DNA of 64,000 nt from Eledone cirrhosa (taxonomy: Eukaryota). The notes beneath the pieces were generated by a model. That model saw nothing but the letters and a program-made list of their open reading frames with translations. It was not told the DNA's origin and did no database searches. The DNA is taken from the NCBI GenBank assembly GCA_964016885.1, contig OZ024760.1, positions 22,692,001 through 22,756,000 on the forward strand, read 5' to 3'. The translations under genes and the position numbers were made by a program. Within the stretch, counting starts at the first letter, position 1; each line of letters starts with the position of its first letter. Shown piece by piece: positions 39,498 to 53,037 of this stretch.

Positions 39498-39739
39498 GTA
39501 TATATATATATGTATATATATATATATGTATATATATATATGTATATATATATATGTATATATATATATGTATATATGTATATATGTATATATATATATG
39601 TATATATATATATGTATATATATATATGTATATATGTATATATATATATGTATATATATATATGTATATATATATATGTATATATATATATGTATATATA
39701 TATATGTATATGTATATATGTATATGTATATATGTATAT

Positions 39740-39773
<34 letters not shown>

Positions 39774-40820
39774 GTATATATATGTATATATATGTATATA
39801 TATGTATATATATATATGTATATATATGTATATGTATATATATGTATATATATATATGTATATATATATATGTATATATATATATGTATATATATATATG
39901 TATATATATATATGTATATATATATATGTATATATATATATGTATATATATATATGTATATATATATATGTATATATATATATATGTATATATATATATG
40001 TATATATATATATGTATATATATATATATGTATATATATATATGTATATATATATATGTATATATATATATGTGTATATATATATATGTATATATATATA
40101 TGTATATATATATATGTATATATATATATGTATATATATATATGTATATATATATATGTATATATATATATGTATATATATATATGTATATATATATATG
40201 TATATATATATATGTATATATATATATGTATATATATATGTATATATATATATGTATATATGTATATGTATATATATATATGTATATGTATATATATATG
40301 TATATATGTATATATATGTATATATATATGTATATATATGTATATATGTATATATATGTATATATATATGTATATATATGTATATATATGTATATATATA
40401 TGTATATATATGTATATATATATGTATATATATGTGTATATATATATGTATATATATATGTATATATATGTGTATATATATATGTATATATATATGTATA
40501 TATATATGTATATATATATGTATATATATGTATATATATATGTATATATATGTATATATATATGTATATATATGTATATATATATGTATATATATATGTA
40601 TATATATGTATATATATATGTATATATATGTATATATATATGTATATATATGTATATATATATGTATATATATGTATATATATATGTATATATATATGTA
40701 TATATATATGTATATATATATGTATATATATATGTATATATATGTATATATATATGTATATATATGTATATATATGTATATATATGTATATATATGTATA
40801 TATATGTATATATATGTATA

Positions 40821-40864
<44 letters not shown>
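39421..40864. repeat. 1.44-kb (TA)nTG interrupted microsatellite
   Basis: Directly visible. Confidence 0.98.
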
Positions 40865-40867
<3 letters not shown>

Positions 40868-41411
40868 TTCTGTTTATGTTATATCATGAAAAAGAAAGCT
40901 TCATAGATTTTCAATGTTTATTATTATTCCCATCATCATCATCACCATCATCATACTTTGAAAAGTCATACATGCTATATTTCTGTTGCACTACAAGCTG
41001 CACATATGTATGCTGTAGATGCGTGCAGTGTTGTTTGTTATTGATGTAGATTTGTGTTGCTATTACACTACACCCGTTTGACTTTGGTGTGTAGTTTCTA
41101 TTTGTGTTTTATCTCATGCTGTTTTTATAGGTTCCTTTGTTGTAAACCATATGTTGAATAATGGTTGTGTTATTTCGTTTATTGGTGGCTTTGCAGAATA
41201 GTTACGATGTATGTATGTATGTATGTATGTATGTATGTATGTATCTATTTTTGTATGTATGTATGTATGTATGTATGTATGTATGTTATACGGCGACAGC
41301 GGTGCCGCTAAGCTGTAGCAGCCATTGCCTTTCCCTTAGACAAAATCATATATAGTGTATAATATATATACTGTAAATTATACCCATTGATCTGGATACC
41401 TAAATATGGAA

Positions 41412-41612
41412 TGTTACGCGATGGGGCGGCCTTACAGCCCCGGCGAACAGGATGGGGAAGGCGTTCCCACGGAGGACGGCAAGGGAGACGCGCTGGAAAA
41501 GCCACTCCAACTCGCGCGGTTCCCACCTGCGGCTGCCCAGCTCAGCAGCTATGGTGGTGAGTAGGGGAGGTAGCCCTGGGGCCGAGGACATGAGAAGTCT
41601 CCACTGCCAGGG
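41412..41612 (-). mobile_element. Second CRE-like RLE 3' fragment
   Basis: LAVETSHVLGPRAT/..LLTTIAAELGSRRWEPRELEWLFQRVSLAVLRGNAFPILFAG; clearly homologous at nucleotide level to 1624-1845. Confidence 0.78.
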
Positions 41613-41669
41613 ATACTTAAAATAGAGTATATATATAATATATATACATACTCTATTTACAGTATATAA

Positions 41670-41802
41670 TTCCCGCCCAGGTTAACTTTGCCTTTCATCC
41701 TTACGGGGTGGACAAAATAAGGTACCAGTAACGCACTGCTGTCGATTTAATCGACGTTCCCCTCCCCCAAAATTGCTGGCCTTGTGTCTATATAAGAAAC
41801 CA
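41670..41802 (+). mobile_element. SINE family A, 5'-truncated long variant
   Basis: Retains the GTCGATTTAATCGAC...CCCCTCCCCCAAAATTGCTGGCC segment. Confidence 0.85.
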
Positions 41803-41819
41803 ATATATATATAATATAT

Positions 41820-42150
41820 ATATGGTCGGATGTATCAGCCATTGCTTTTCTCTTGAACCAACATCATATATAGTGTATATATATATACTGTACATAGAGC
41901 ATATATAATATATATATAATATATATATGGTCGGATGTATCAGCCATTGCTTTTCTTTGGACCAACATCATATATAGTGTATATATATATATACTGTACA
42001 TAGAGCATATATAATATATGTATAATATATATATGAAATATATATAATATATATATATATATATGTTGTGATGTAACAGCCATTGTCTTTCCCGTGGGCA
42101 ACATCATATATAGTGTATAATATATATACTGTAAATAGAGTATATAATAT
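41820..42150. repeat. Degenerate tandem repeat (about 105-140 bp): CAGCCATTG...CAACATCATATATAGTG
   Basis: Three units here plus a related unit at about 41318-41380. Confidence 0.8.
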
Positions 42151-42380
42151 ATATATGTATATATATAAATTTTGAGTATATGTTGGTTGTTTACCGACAC
42201 ATCAGTATGCAGATTGGAGAACTCGACGGAGTACGCAGCAGGTTGGTTTGTTTACTCCGGAGAATGATTCCACTTCCTCAGAGAAATAACAACACAACCA
42301 GTAGCTGGACATATCGATGTATTGACGGAGTAAAACACACTTCAACAACATGTGTACCTGTCTTTCCCACACCAGTTCAG

Positions 42381-42435
42381 ATTGCCTGAAGACGTCACAG
42401 CCAATGATGGCTGTCACAGAAATATATATAGCAGT
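42381..42435 (+). ncRNA. Type I hammerhead ribozyme (family E1)
   Basis: ATTGC-CTGAAGA-CGTC ACAGCCA ATGA TGGCTGT CACA-GAAA-TATATA-TA-GCAGT. AATAAA lies 15 nt downstream, and the host insert 42165-42487 is flanked by (TA)n. Confidence 0.7.
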
Positions 42436-42481
42436 ATATCTATAATTTATAATAAACGAAGCCAAATTTTACATATTTGAC

Positions 42482-42536
<55 letters not shown>

Positions 42537-42789
42537 GTCAGTCAAAAATGTTTCCTGAGTTCGTATTAGGTAAAATTACACACACACACACAAGCATATA
42601 TATATAATATATATAACAGAAATACATATATACACGCACATACATACATATATATATATATATATCTGAGAGAGAGACAGAGAGAGAGAGGGAGAAGGAG
42701 AGAGGTGCAGATGTGTGTGTCTGGGTGAAGGTATGGTCTTGTGTATTTTTGCAATTTTCAAATACTACCTCTACTGCTGCTGTCGGTCG

Positions 42790-42957
42790 GAGAAAGTCGA
42801 TTATATCGACCCTAGTAGATTACTGTTACTTTATTTTATCCAACACTTATGGATGAATGGCAAAGCTAAGTTAGGCAGGATTTGAACTCAGAATGTAAAG
42901 AGCCATAACTCTATGCACCACGAGGCAGTGTGTCCGACGCTCTACTGGTACTGCCAA
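42790..42957 (-). mobile_element. Diverged SINE family A copy
   Basis: GGATGAATGGCAAAG...GATTTGAACTCAG...CTGCCAA. Confidence 0.8.
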
Positions 42958-43552
42958 ATAATAATAAGCTTATGTGGAAATATATTAGAAAAGTCACATA
43001 CTCAATTATTTTCATGTGGATAGCGGGCAATGTTGAACATAGCGGGATTTATCTCTAAGTCAAACAACAGAAGCTACAGCAACAATAATAACAGCAGCAA
43101 CAACAACAGCAACAACAAAAGCAGCAACAATAACAACAACAATAACAACAACAATAACTAGAGAACGTAAGGGCGGAAGTGTTGCAGCACATTCCACAAA
43201 CACTGCTCTATCTGAATATATATATTTATATTTATTTATATATATATATATATAAAACGTATCATTATGTGATAAAACACGGTTTAGTAGAGAATTGTTT
43301 GATGGAATTGTGTAGCTGATATCATATTGTTTAGTTAACAAAGAACATTAACCCATTCCCACACCATTTCTCCGAAAGATGTCGCCACCACCTTTGGCGA
43401 TATTGCACAGCGTATGAGCTTCTTTCATTTTAAATCTCAGGAGCACGATATCTATATTTTTCTTTGCTCATATATATAACAATATACAGATTAATATTTC
43501 ATACGTAATATTACATACGTACACAAGCGCACAGATGCTCATTGTGTGCGTG

Positions 43553-43585
<33 letters not shown>

Positions 43586-43589
43586 ATGA

Positions 43590-44112
43590 GTGCTACTGGT
43601 GGTCGAGTAGTCGGCGACTAAACCGACAACCCCACGAAGTTTACTTGGTGAAGAGGGTGATTTTGGACCCCCACGCAGGACAAAAAAAACAAAACCTGAC
43701 AAAGGGCGAAAGAACTCATAAGCGTCAGCGGCCATTTCAAAATATGTAAATATGTATATACATATGTATATATGTGAATATGTATATATGTATATGCATG
43801 TATTCATATGTGTATATATGGAGTGAAGGACCCCTAGCCTTTGTCAGGGCATACTTCTAGGAGAAGGTAACTCTGGAAACTGGGATAACTCCGATATAAA
43901 ACCTTCGGCTCAGTAGTTAATGAGGATGTTGATCTTTTCTTCTTTTGGGCTTATAGCTACTGTCGTTCAGAGAGTAGGTTTGGCTCAGTGCACAGTCTTT
44001 CCTCACTTAAAAAAAATATTCACGCACAAGGATTGCACGATAGATTCATTGATAATTATTAATAAAGTTATATCATGCAATGGCCATACTCGATAACGAG
44101 GGGACAGCCATC
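43590..44112 (+). mobile_element. Non-autonomous RTE-derived element (second subfamily), interrupted by a microsatellite
   Basis: Homologous to 29281-29915 at the 5' leader and the 3' CTCG-ATAA-CGAG...CAGCCATC end; lacks the zinc-finger segment. Confidence 0.7.
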
Positions 44113-44605
44113 ATATAAATATATATATATATATATGCATACACACATGTATTTATGTATATATATGTATATAAGTGTGTGTGTGTATAGCTATATATTA
44201 TGAATATATACACTTTCTTTGAGGTTCGTTCGTTAATACTTATTTGAGCGGCCACACGTATTATAATATACCTATAAAGATAGTAAAGAGACAATAAATG
44301 AGTATGTATGTGTGTTCCTGTGTTTGTCTGTGTATGAGAAATAGAAGGATTCAGTACATTTCATATATATAGGTCTATCTATCTATATGAATATAGAATA
44401 TATATATATATATATATACATATGTGTGAATGTATACGTTTACGTACTATTACGCATATGCGTGAGTTTGACTATGTGTATGTCTACGTTTTGGATATTT
44501 ATTTATATATTTTTCCCCTCAATTTTTTGCCCGTTATTTTATTTCAGCCTCACTTTCATTTATCCTAAACTCTGTTTTCAGATCCATATTAAATAAATAT
44601 TTCAT

Positions 44606-44675
44606 ATTATTTTTCTGATGAATGAAGACAGACATAAATATATGTCTTCAAGAAACCAGTGGTAAATGAAATAAT
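44606..44675 (+). ncRNA. Type I hammerhead ribozyme (family E2)
   Basis: ATTATTTTT-CTGATGA-A TGAAGACA..TGTCTTCA A-GAAA-CC AGT GG-TA-AATGAAATAAT. Stem II is 8 bp, the triplet is GUA, and stem I is bulged. Confidence 0.68.
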
Positions 44676-44767
44676 TATCTTATGTTGTTTGTTACATAAC
44701 TAAAAAGCTCTGTAGGCTACATAGAGCACTCTCTTTTCCTTTACCTTGCCTACGGAAGTACTTCATT

Positions 44768-44812
<45 letters not shown>

Positions 44813-44816
<4 letters not shown>

Positions 44817-45048
44817 CGTTTTTGAATTTGTTTTGCGAGATTTTTTATCTGAAAACGTGTTCAAACAGATATTTTTATACTTTGGGAGGCTCATGTTGCC
44901 AATAAAAAACATACCACCTGTAGGTTTTCACTTTAATTTATTATTTATTAAGTTTGCGGTTGGTTCGTTGGTTCGATAACCGGAATATTGGTTATATATT
45001 GCCAAAGCTTTTTCGTCACACACTCTGTGACCTCCTCAGTGGTTCATT
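44813..45048 (-). mobile_element. (TA)n-adjacent family F element carrying a hammerhead-like motif
   Basis: Homologous to 34599-34690; hammerhead motif at 45001-45044. Confidence 0.65.
45001..45044 (-). ncRNA. Degenerate minimal hammerhead (family F)
   Basis: AACCA-CTGAGGA-G GTCACA GAGTG TGTGAC-GAAA-AAGC-TT-TGGC. Stem II is 6 bp; stems I and III are weak. Confidence 0.5.
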
Positions 45049-45050
45049 TA

Positions 45051-45186
45051 GTCCAGAATTAGCCGTCGAAACGGCTTGAGCTCAGCCGTCGGGGTCCTAC
45101 TCGTTCCTATTATCCACTCTACTACCCTAAGTATTGAATACTTTGGTACATTATAGTCCACCTGGTTCCTTACCACATTTCCTTCG

Positions 45187-45188
<2 letters not shown>
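45051..45188 (+). mobile_element. (TA)n-adjacent family G element
   Basis: CGAAAC-GGC TTGAGCTCA GCC-GTC-GGGGTC (hammerhead 3' half), then a body shared with four other copies. Confidence 0.75.
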
Positions 45189-45226
<38 letters not shown>

Positions 45227-45559
45227 CACATATATTGGAGAGTTGGTGCTCCGTTGTTGAAACTTTTTGCCGTTTCGACAGCAAATATATATATATTTAT
45301 TTTATTATGTAGTATAGCATGGTTTGGTAAATAATTCTTTTATGGAATACTGTAGTTTATATCATAGTGTTAGTGTTCAGAGAATATTTACTGATTCCCA
45401 TATGATTTATCCCAAAGACTTCGCCAAATTTATTGAATCTAGATTCTTAATAAACTTATGTATTTAACACTATTATAGAAAAAGAAAAAGGCGCCTTAAC
45501 TACATTTTGAGAACGGTGTAATAGATTAAAACCATACACATATATTTAACAATTTATAT

Positions 45560-45572
45560 AAATACATTTGCC

Positions 45573-45643
<71 letters not shown>

Positions 45644-45993
45644 GTGTGTGTGTATGTGTATATGTGTGTGTATATATGTATGTGTGTATGTCTGTGTATA
45701 TATATATATATGTTGTATATATATATATGTATCTGTGTATATATATATATATATATATGTTGTATATATATATATATGTATGTGTATATATATATATATA
45801 TATATGTTGTATATATATATATATATATATGTTGTATATATATATATGTATGTGTATATATATATATATATGTTGTATATATATATGTATGTGTGTGTGT
45901 ATATATATATAGATGTTGTATATATATATAGATGTTGTATATATATATATGTATGTGTGTATATATATATATATGTTTGTGTATATATATGTT

Positions 45994-46038
<45 letters not shown>

Positions 46039-46220
46039 ATACAGGTACATATGAATGTATACTTACTCACAAATATATGTTAACAATTATATACATACTT
46101 ATAAATATATACATACACACAAACATTTTATTATATATACTTATGCATATGAATTCATACATACACAGATACACGCACACACACACACATATATATATAC
46201 ATATATATACATACATACAG
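45560..46220. repeat. (TA)/(TG) compound microsatellite
   Basis: Directly visible. Confidence 0.95.
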
Positions 46221-46389
46221 TTAAATATAGGTGTCTGTGTACATGTTTATATTGAAATATGGGCGTCGGTATGTATATAGAATTAAAGAAGAATTAAGAC
46301 AGATGGATTCTCTCAACTTCTTTAAATTATACTACTACATACAAATTCAATTATCCCTCTTTTCCCAATATAATCTAATATTTCAAACG

Positions 46390-48905
46390 ACATCATCAAC
46401 AATTCTAACACCACCACCACCACCACCAACAACAACAACATCAACAATTCTAACACCACCACCACCAACAACAACATCAACAATTATAACACCACCACCA
46501 CGACCACCAACAACAACAACATCAACAATTCTAACACCACCACCACCAACAACAACATCAACAATTATAACACCACCACCACGACCACCAACAACAACAA
46601 CATCAACAATTCTAACACCACCACCACCAACAACAACATCAACAATTCTAATACCACCACAACCACCACCAACAACAACATCAACAACAACAATTCTAAT
46701 ACCACCACCACCACCACCAACAACAACAATTCTAACAACACCACCACCACCATCATCTCAACAACCACCTCCACCATCTCAAACACCACCACCAACACCA
46801 CCACCAACAACAATTCTAATACCACCACCACCAACAACAACAATTCTAACAACACCACCACCACCATCATCTCAACCACCACCACCACCATCTCAACCAC
46901 CACCACCAACACCACCACCAACAACAACAATTCTAATACCACCACCACCAACAACAACAATTCTAACAACACCACCACCACCATCATCTCAACAACCACC
47001 ACCACCATCTCAACCACCACCACCAACACCACCACCAACAACAACAATTCTACCAACACCACCAACAACAACAATTCTAACAACACCACCACCACCATCA
47101 TCTCAACCACCACCACCACCATCTCAACCACCACCACCAACACCACCACCAACAACAACAATTCTACCAACACCACCACCACCATCATCTCAACCACCAC
47201 CACCACCATCTCAACCACCACCACCAACAACAACATCAACAACAACAATTCTAATACCACCACCACCAACAACGACAATTCTACCAACACCACCACCACC
47301 ATCATCTCAACCACCACCACCACCATCTCAACCACCACCACCAACACCACCACCAACAACAACAATTCTAATACCACCACCACCAACAACAACAATTCTA
47401 CCAACACCACCACCACCATCATCTCAACCACCACCACCATCTCAACCACCACCATCAACACCACCACCAACAACAACAATTCTAATACCACCACCACCAA
47501 CAACGACAATTCTACCAACACCACCACCACCATCATCTCAACCACCACCACCACCATCTCAACCACCACCACCAACACCACCACCAACAACAACAATTCT
47601 ACCAACACCACCAACAACAACAATTCTAACAACACCACCACCACCATCATCTCAACCACCACCACCACCACCATCTCAACCACCACCACCAACACCACCA
47701 CCAACAACAACAATTCTAATACCACCACCACCAACAACAACAATTCTACCAACACCACCACCACCATCATCTCAACCACCACCACCATCTCAACCACCAC
47801 CACCAACACCACCACCAACAACAACAATTCTACCACCACCACCAACAACAACAATTCTAACAACACCACCACCACCATCATCTCAACCACCACCACCACC
47901 ACCATCTCAACCACCACCACCAACACCACCACCAACAACAACAATTCTAATACCACCACCACCAACAACGACAATTCTACCAACACCACCACCACCATCA
48001 TCTCAACCACCACCACCACCATCTCAACCACCACCACCAACACCACCACCAACAACAACAATTCAACCAACACCACCAACAACAACAATTCTAACAACAC
48101 CACCACCACCATCATCTCAACAACAACCACCACCATCTCAACCACCACCACCAACACCACCACCAACAACAACAATTCTACCAACACCACCAACAACAAC
48201 AATTCTAACAACACCACCACCACCATCATCTCAACAACAACCACCACCATCTCAACCACCACCACCAACACCACCACCAACAACAACAATTCTAATACCA
48301 CCACCACCAACAACAACAATTCTACCAACACCACCACCACCATCATCTCAACCACCACCACCACCATCTCAACCACCACCACCAACACCACCATCAACAA
48401 CAACAATTCTAACAACACCACCACCACCATCATCTCAACCACCACCACCTCCACCACCATCTCAACCACCACCACCAACACCACCACCAACAACAACAAT
48501 TCTAATACCACCACCACCAACAACAACAATTCTAACACCACCACCACCATCATCTCAACCACCACCACCACCATCTCAACCACCACCACCAACACCACCA
48601 TCAACAACAACAATTCTAACAACACCACCACCACCATCATCTCAACCACCACCACCACCATCTCAACCACCACCACCAACACCACCATCAACAACAACAA
48701 TTCTAACAACACCACCACCACCATCATCTCAACCACCACCACCACCATCTCAACCACCACCACCACCACCACCAACAACAACAACAATTCTAACAACACC
48801 ACCACCACCATCATCTCAACCACCACCACCACCATCTCAACCACCACCACCAACAACAACATCAACAACAACAATTCTAATACCACCACCACCAACAACA
48901 ACAAA
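46390..48905. repeat. 2.5-kb higher-order (CCA)/(ACA) minisatellite with ATTCTA and TCATCTCAA punctuation
   Basis: Directly visible. All length variation is in whole triplets, so several frames stay open. Confidence 0.95.
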
Positions 48906-48929
48906 ACCATTTCGAAGTTATTATTAGGG

Positions 48930-49500
48930 TCGGATGGCGGTGGATTGGCTGTATCTGTAGAGGGTCGGACGCCATGCTTTGACGCATAGAGTTACGGCCC
49001 TTGCCATTCTGAGTTCAAATCCCGCCGAGGTTAACTTTACCTTTCATCCTTGCGGGGTCGATAAAATAAAGTACCAGTAATGCACTGGGTGTTTGCTGGC
49101 CTTGTGCCTAACGTAGAAACAATTATTAGGGTCGGACGCCATGCTTTCTAGCATAGTTACGTCCCTTTACATTCTGAGTTCAAATCCCGCCGAGGTTGAC
49201 TTTGCCTTTCATCCTTACGGGGTCGATACAATAAAGTACCAGTAATATACTGCGTAATTTGCTGGCCTTGTGCCTAAAGTAGAAACAATTATTATTAATA
49301 TTAAAAATAATGAATATAATGATAATTGTTTCTACTTTAGGCACAAGGCCAGCAATTACCCAGTGCATTACTGGTACTTTATTGTATCGACCCTGTAAGG
49401 ATGAAAGGCAAAGTCAACCTTGGCGGGATTTGAACTCAGAATGTAAAGGGACGTAACTATGCTAGAAAGCATGGCGTCCGACCCTAATAATTGTTTCTAC
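48930..49500. mobile_element. SINE family A cluster: two plus copies followed by an inverted copy
   Basis: Plus copies 48930-49127 and 49128-49295; minus copy 49322-49485. Confidence 0.92.
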
Positions 49501-49564
49501 TTTTGAATATAATGAATATAATGATAATATTCGGGGGGAAAAATTTAGTATAATAACATGAAGA

Positions 49565-50015
49565 AAACGATAATGATGATGATGATGATGGTGGTGCTGG
49601 TGATGATGATGGTGATGGTGGTGCTGGTGATGATGGTAATGATGTTGATGGTGGTGGTGGTGATGGTGATGGTGGTGGTGATGTTGATAGTGGTGATGGT
49701 TGTGATGGTGGTGTTGATGATGGTGATGGTGAGGGCGGTGGTGGTGATGGTGGTGTTGATGATGGTGATGGTGGTGGTGATGCTGATGGTGGTGGTGATG
49801 GTGATGGTGGTGATGGTGGTGGTGGTGGTGATAGTGATGATGGTGATGGTGATGGTTGGTGGTGATGGTGGTGATGTTGATGTTGATTGTGGTGATGATG
49901 GTAATGATGGTGTTGGTGATGAAGATGATGGTAATGATGGTGGTGGTGGTGATGTTGATGATGGTGATGATGATGGTGGTGATGGTAATGATGTTGATGG
50001 TGATGGTGATGATGA
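49565..50015. repeat. (GAT)/(GGT) trinucleotide repeat
   Basis: Directly visible. Confidence 0.95.
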
Positions 50016-50554
50016 TTTTCTAGTCCCACACAAACACACCTTGACCCACACATACATCCAACACATCTAGTCCGACACACACAGAAATTACACAACCTAT
50101 ACACACACATTACACAACCTACACACACATACACATCTAGACACACACACACACACACACATTAAACAACCTACCCACATAACTGTACATACACACAAAC
50201 ACACACTTAAACACACTCACACTCACACACCATCACAGACACTCACACACACAATCGCAAACACACGCACACACACAATCACAAACACACACACACACAT
50301 ACTGAGTTCTAATTACTATAGAAATAAGAGACAATTCATTAAAAACTCAAATTTCACAGCTAATATTTAATAATCACAACCCACGCCGTGTAAGATCGAT
50401 AAAGTATGGGTCAATAGTGATTTCTACTATATCACTTTGTTTTCAAAAAAATCTTTATATATTTTTATGAGTTCAAATCCCAACGGGATCGGTTATCATT
50501 AAAATAATTATTGCTTTTAGTTATAATTGTATTATTGATCTGCTAATTAACAAT

Positions 50555-51600
50555 AATTATTTTTACTATAGGCACAAGGCCATTAACTTGAGTGAGGGGG
50601 AAAGTCAATCATATCGACCCCTATATTGAATAATAATTGTTTCTACATTGGCACAAGGCCAGCAATTATATCAGTGTATTACTGGTACTTTATTTTATCG
50701 ACCCCCGTAAAGATGAAAGGCAAAGTTAACCTCGGCGGGATTCGAACTCAGACCGTAAAGGGATATAACTATATAATAATTGTTTCTACTTTTGAAACAA
50801 GGCCAGCAATTACCCAGTGTATTACTGGTACTTTATTTTATCGACCCCCGTAAAGATGAAAGGCAAAGCTAACCTCGGCGGGATTAGAACTCAGAGCGTA
50901 AAGGGCCATCACTTTATGCTGTAAAGTATGGTGCCCGACACTCTACCAACACTGCCAATCCACAGCCCTTTTAATAATAATAATTGTTTATAGATTTGGC
51001 ACAAGGCCAGCAATTATCCCAGTGTATTACTGGTACTTTATTTTGTCGACCTCGTAAGGATGAAAGGCAAAGTTAACCTCGGCGGGATTTGAATTCAAGG
51101 GACATAACTATATAATAATGTATGCATACTGCAACAGTATTTTAATCAATGTCTGTGTACATTTTTTTTGGGACACCTTTTATATATATATATATGCACA
51201 CATATATATATATATATATATATATGCATACACTATCTCTCGCACAACCACATGCACATATACATACATGCACACAATAAATGAAATAATTGTTTCTACT
51301 TTTGGCACAAGGCCAGCAATTACTCCAGTGCATTACTGGTACTTTATTTTATCGACCACGTAAGGATGAAAGGCAAAGTTAACCTCGGCAAGATTTTAAC
51401 TTAGACCGTAAAGGGATATAACTCTATGCTGGAAAACATGGCGTCCGACCCTCCACCGATATTGCCAACCCACCGACCTCAATACGATAATAATATTTTA
51501 TTTTATCGACCCCGTAACGACCGTAACTCTATTCCGCAAAGCATATTGTCCGATGCTCCACTGATATTGCTAAACCACCTCCTACTAATCAATAATTATT
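50555..51600 (-). mobile_element. Head-to-tail array of five or six SINE family A copies and fragments
   Basis: Repeated ATAATTGTTTCTAC...GGCACAAGGCCAGCAATT...GAACTCAG units. Confidence 0.9.
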
Positions 51601-51749
51601 ATTTCTGCCTTAGGTACTAGGTCAACACATTGTGCAAGAGGTGGGCCGTGTAATCGATTAATTTGGCTTCACTACTTTATTGTATTTGGTCAAGTGATTT
51701 CTTAACTGGTTTTAGTCGAACATAATAGAAAGACAGGCACCTAATTAGT

Positions 51750-51900
51750 TGTCGTTAGAACGTCGGATAGAATGCTTTGCAGCATTCCTTCCAGCTCTCT
51801 GCTTTCTGAGCTCAAATCCTACCGAGATCAACTTTCCTTTCATCCATGTAATGCCGCTAACAAAGTACCAGTCAAGTACTGGGGATCGATTTTCTCCCCT
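51750..51900 (+). mobile_element. Old diverged SINE family A copy
   Basis: CGTCGGA...GAGCTCAAATCC...CCTTTCATCC...AAGTACCAG. Confidence 0.7.
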
Positions 51901-52220
51901 ATATCTATTTTTCATTTCCTTTCTCTCACTCTGTATCCCACTATAGAAGAAATCTACTGTATTCAGACCTGGAGAACAAATAGGTTCCGGCAGGGTTAAA
52001 AGTATCCAGAAACGTCATATGTCAATATGGCGACCCTAACACTCCCTCAGTAGAAATAAATGAAGAAGAAATACAAAGAATTATTAGTAACGATGTTTGT
52101 GATCTTTAGATGTTCGACAATATAAACCTATCCACATTCGTTCTATTACTGTATAGTGCAGTCATATGTTCTCACACTATTTTACATATTTCTAACACTA
52201 ATCTCTCTCTCTCTCTCTCT

Positions 52221-52264
<44 letters not shown>

Positions 52265-52295
52265 GTGTGTGTGTTTGTATATATACATATATATA

Positions 52296-52401
52296 TTTTA
52301 ATATAGAAGAGCTTCTACAGGACTAGAACCGTTTCATTCGTGAGAAATCATCAGAAAGCTCCTGATGATTTCTGACGAATGAAACAGCTTCTATATTAAA
52401 A
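52296..52401. mobile_element. Family C element with fold-back arm
   Basis: Homologous to 35914-36025; the right arm has an internal deletion. Confidence 0.8.
52309..52361 (-). ncRNA. Type I hammerhead ribozyme (family C)
   Basis: GAGCTTT-CTGATGA-TTTC TCAC GAAT-GAAA-CGG TTCTAGTC CTG-TA-GAAGCTC. Stem I is 7 bp and differs from the 35967 copy but still pairs. Confidence 0.78.
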
Positions 52402-52402
52402 C

Positions 52403-52497
52403 CTTTTTGCCCTTCATCCTTACGGGGTCGATAAAATAAAGTACCAGTAATGCACTGGGTAAATGCTGGCCTTGTGCCACAAGTAGAAACAATTATT
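52403..52497 (+). mobile_element. SINE family A 3' half
   Basis: Family A body and tail. Confidence 0.88.
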
Positions 52498-52513
52498 ATA
52501 TATATATATATAT

Positions 52514-52765
52514 CGCCTAGTGGTAAGGGTGTTGGACTTATGATCATAATGTCGAGGGTTCGATTTCTGGATTGCGTATTGAGTTCCTCACCAAAACATT
52601 TCATTTCACGTAGCTCCAGCATACTTACCTCAACATGAGTACCAGCGATGGACTGGTGTCCTGTCGTGTGAAGGGGTAGTTTGTACACTCAGTCGCTTCA
52701 CGTCATTAAAACCGGATAAGTACCGGCCAAATGACCCTTCTTTGCTTAAGACGGACTTTAGACTT

Positions 52766-52766
<1 letters not shown>
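52514..52766 (+). mobile_element. Diverged tRNA-head SINE related to family B but with a different 3' body
   Basis: CGCCTAGTGGTAAG A box, GTTCGATTTC B box, ATTTCACG, then GCGATGGACTGG...CAGTCGCTTCA...AAACCGGATAAG. Confidence 0.65.
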
Positions 52767-52812
<46 letters not shown>

Positions 52813-53003
52813 TATATTGTAGAACAAAGTTGACATAAATATCCAAATGTTTAAAGCACTCCTCCCCGGATGGAAGCCATTGATTTTATGACAGACTGAA
52901 TGAGTTGGGATAAACAACTCAACGAATCATAAGTACTTGTATATATCACTGTTATAACTGATTATATATATATATACATAGATACATACATATACATATA
53001 TAC

Positions 53004-53037
<34 letters not shown>

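Noticed and set aside
39405-41049. ORFs of 486-535 aa (YI/YM/CI-rich), and similar ORFs across the window
   Set aside because: They are translations of (TA)/(TG)/(CT) microsatellites, open in several frames at once.
51118-51183. Tc1/mariner terminus (TTTTTTGGGACACCTTTTA)
   Set aside because: Only one degenerate TIR-like end, with no partner found.
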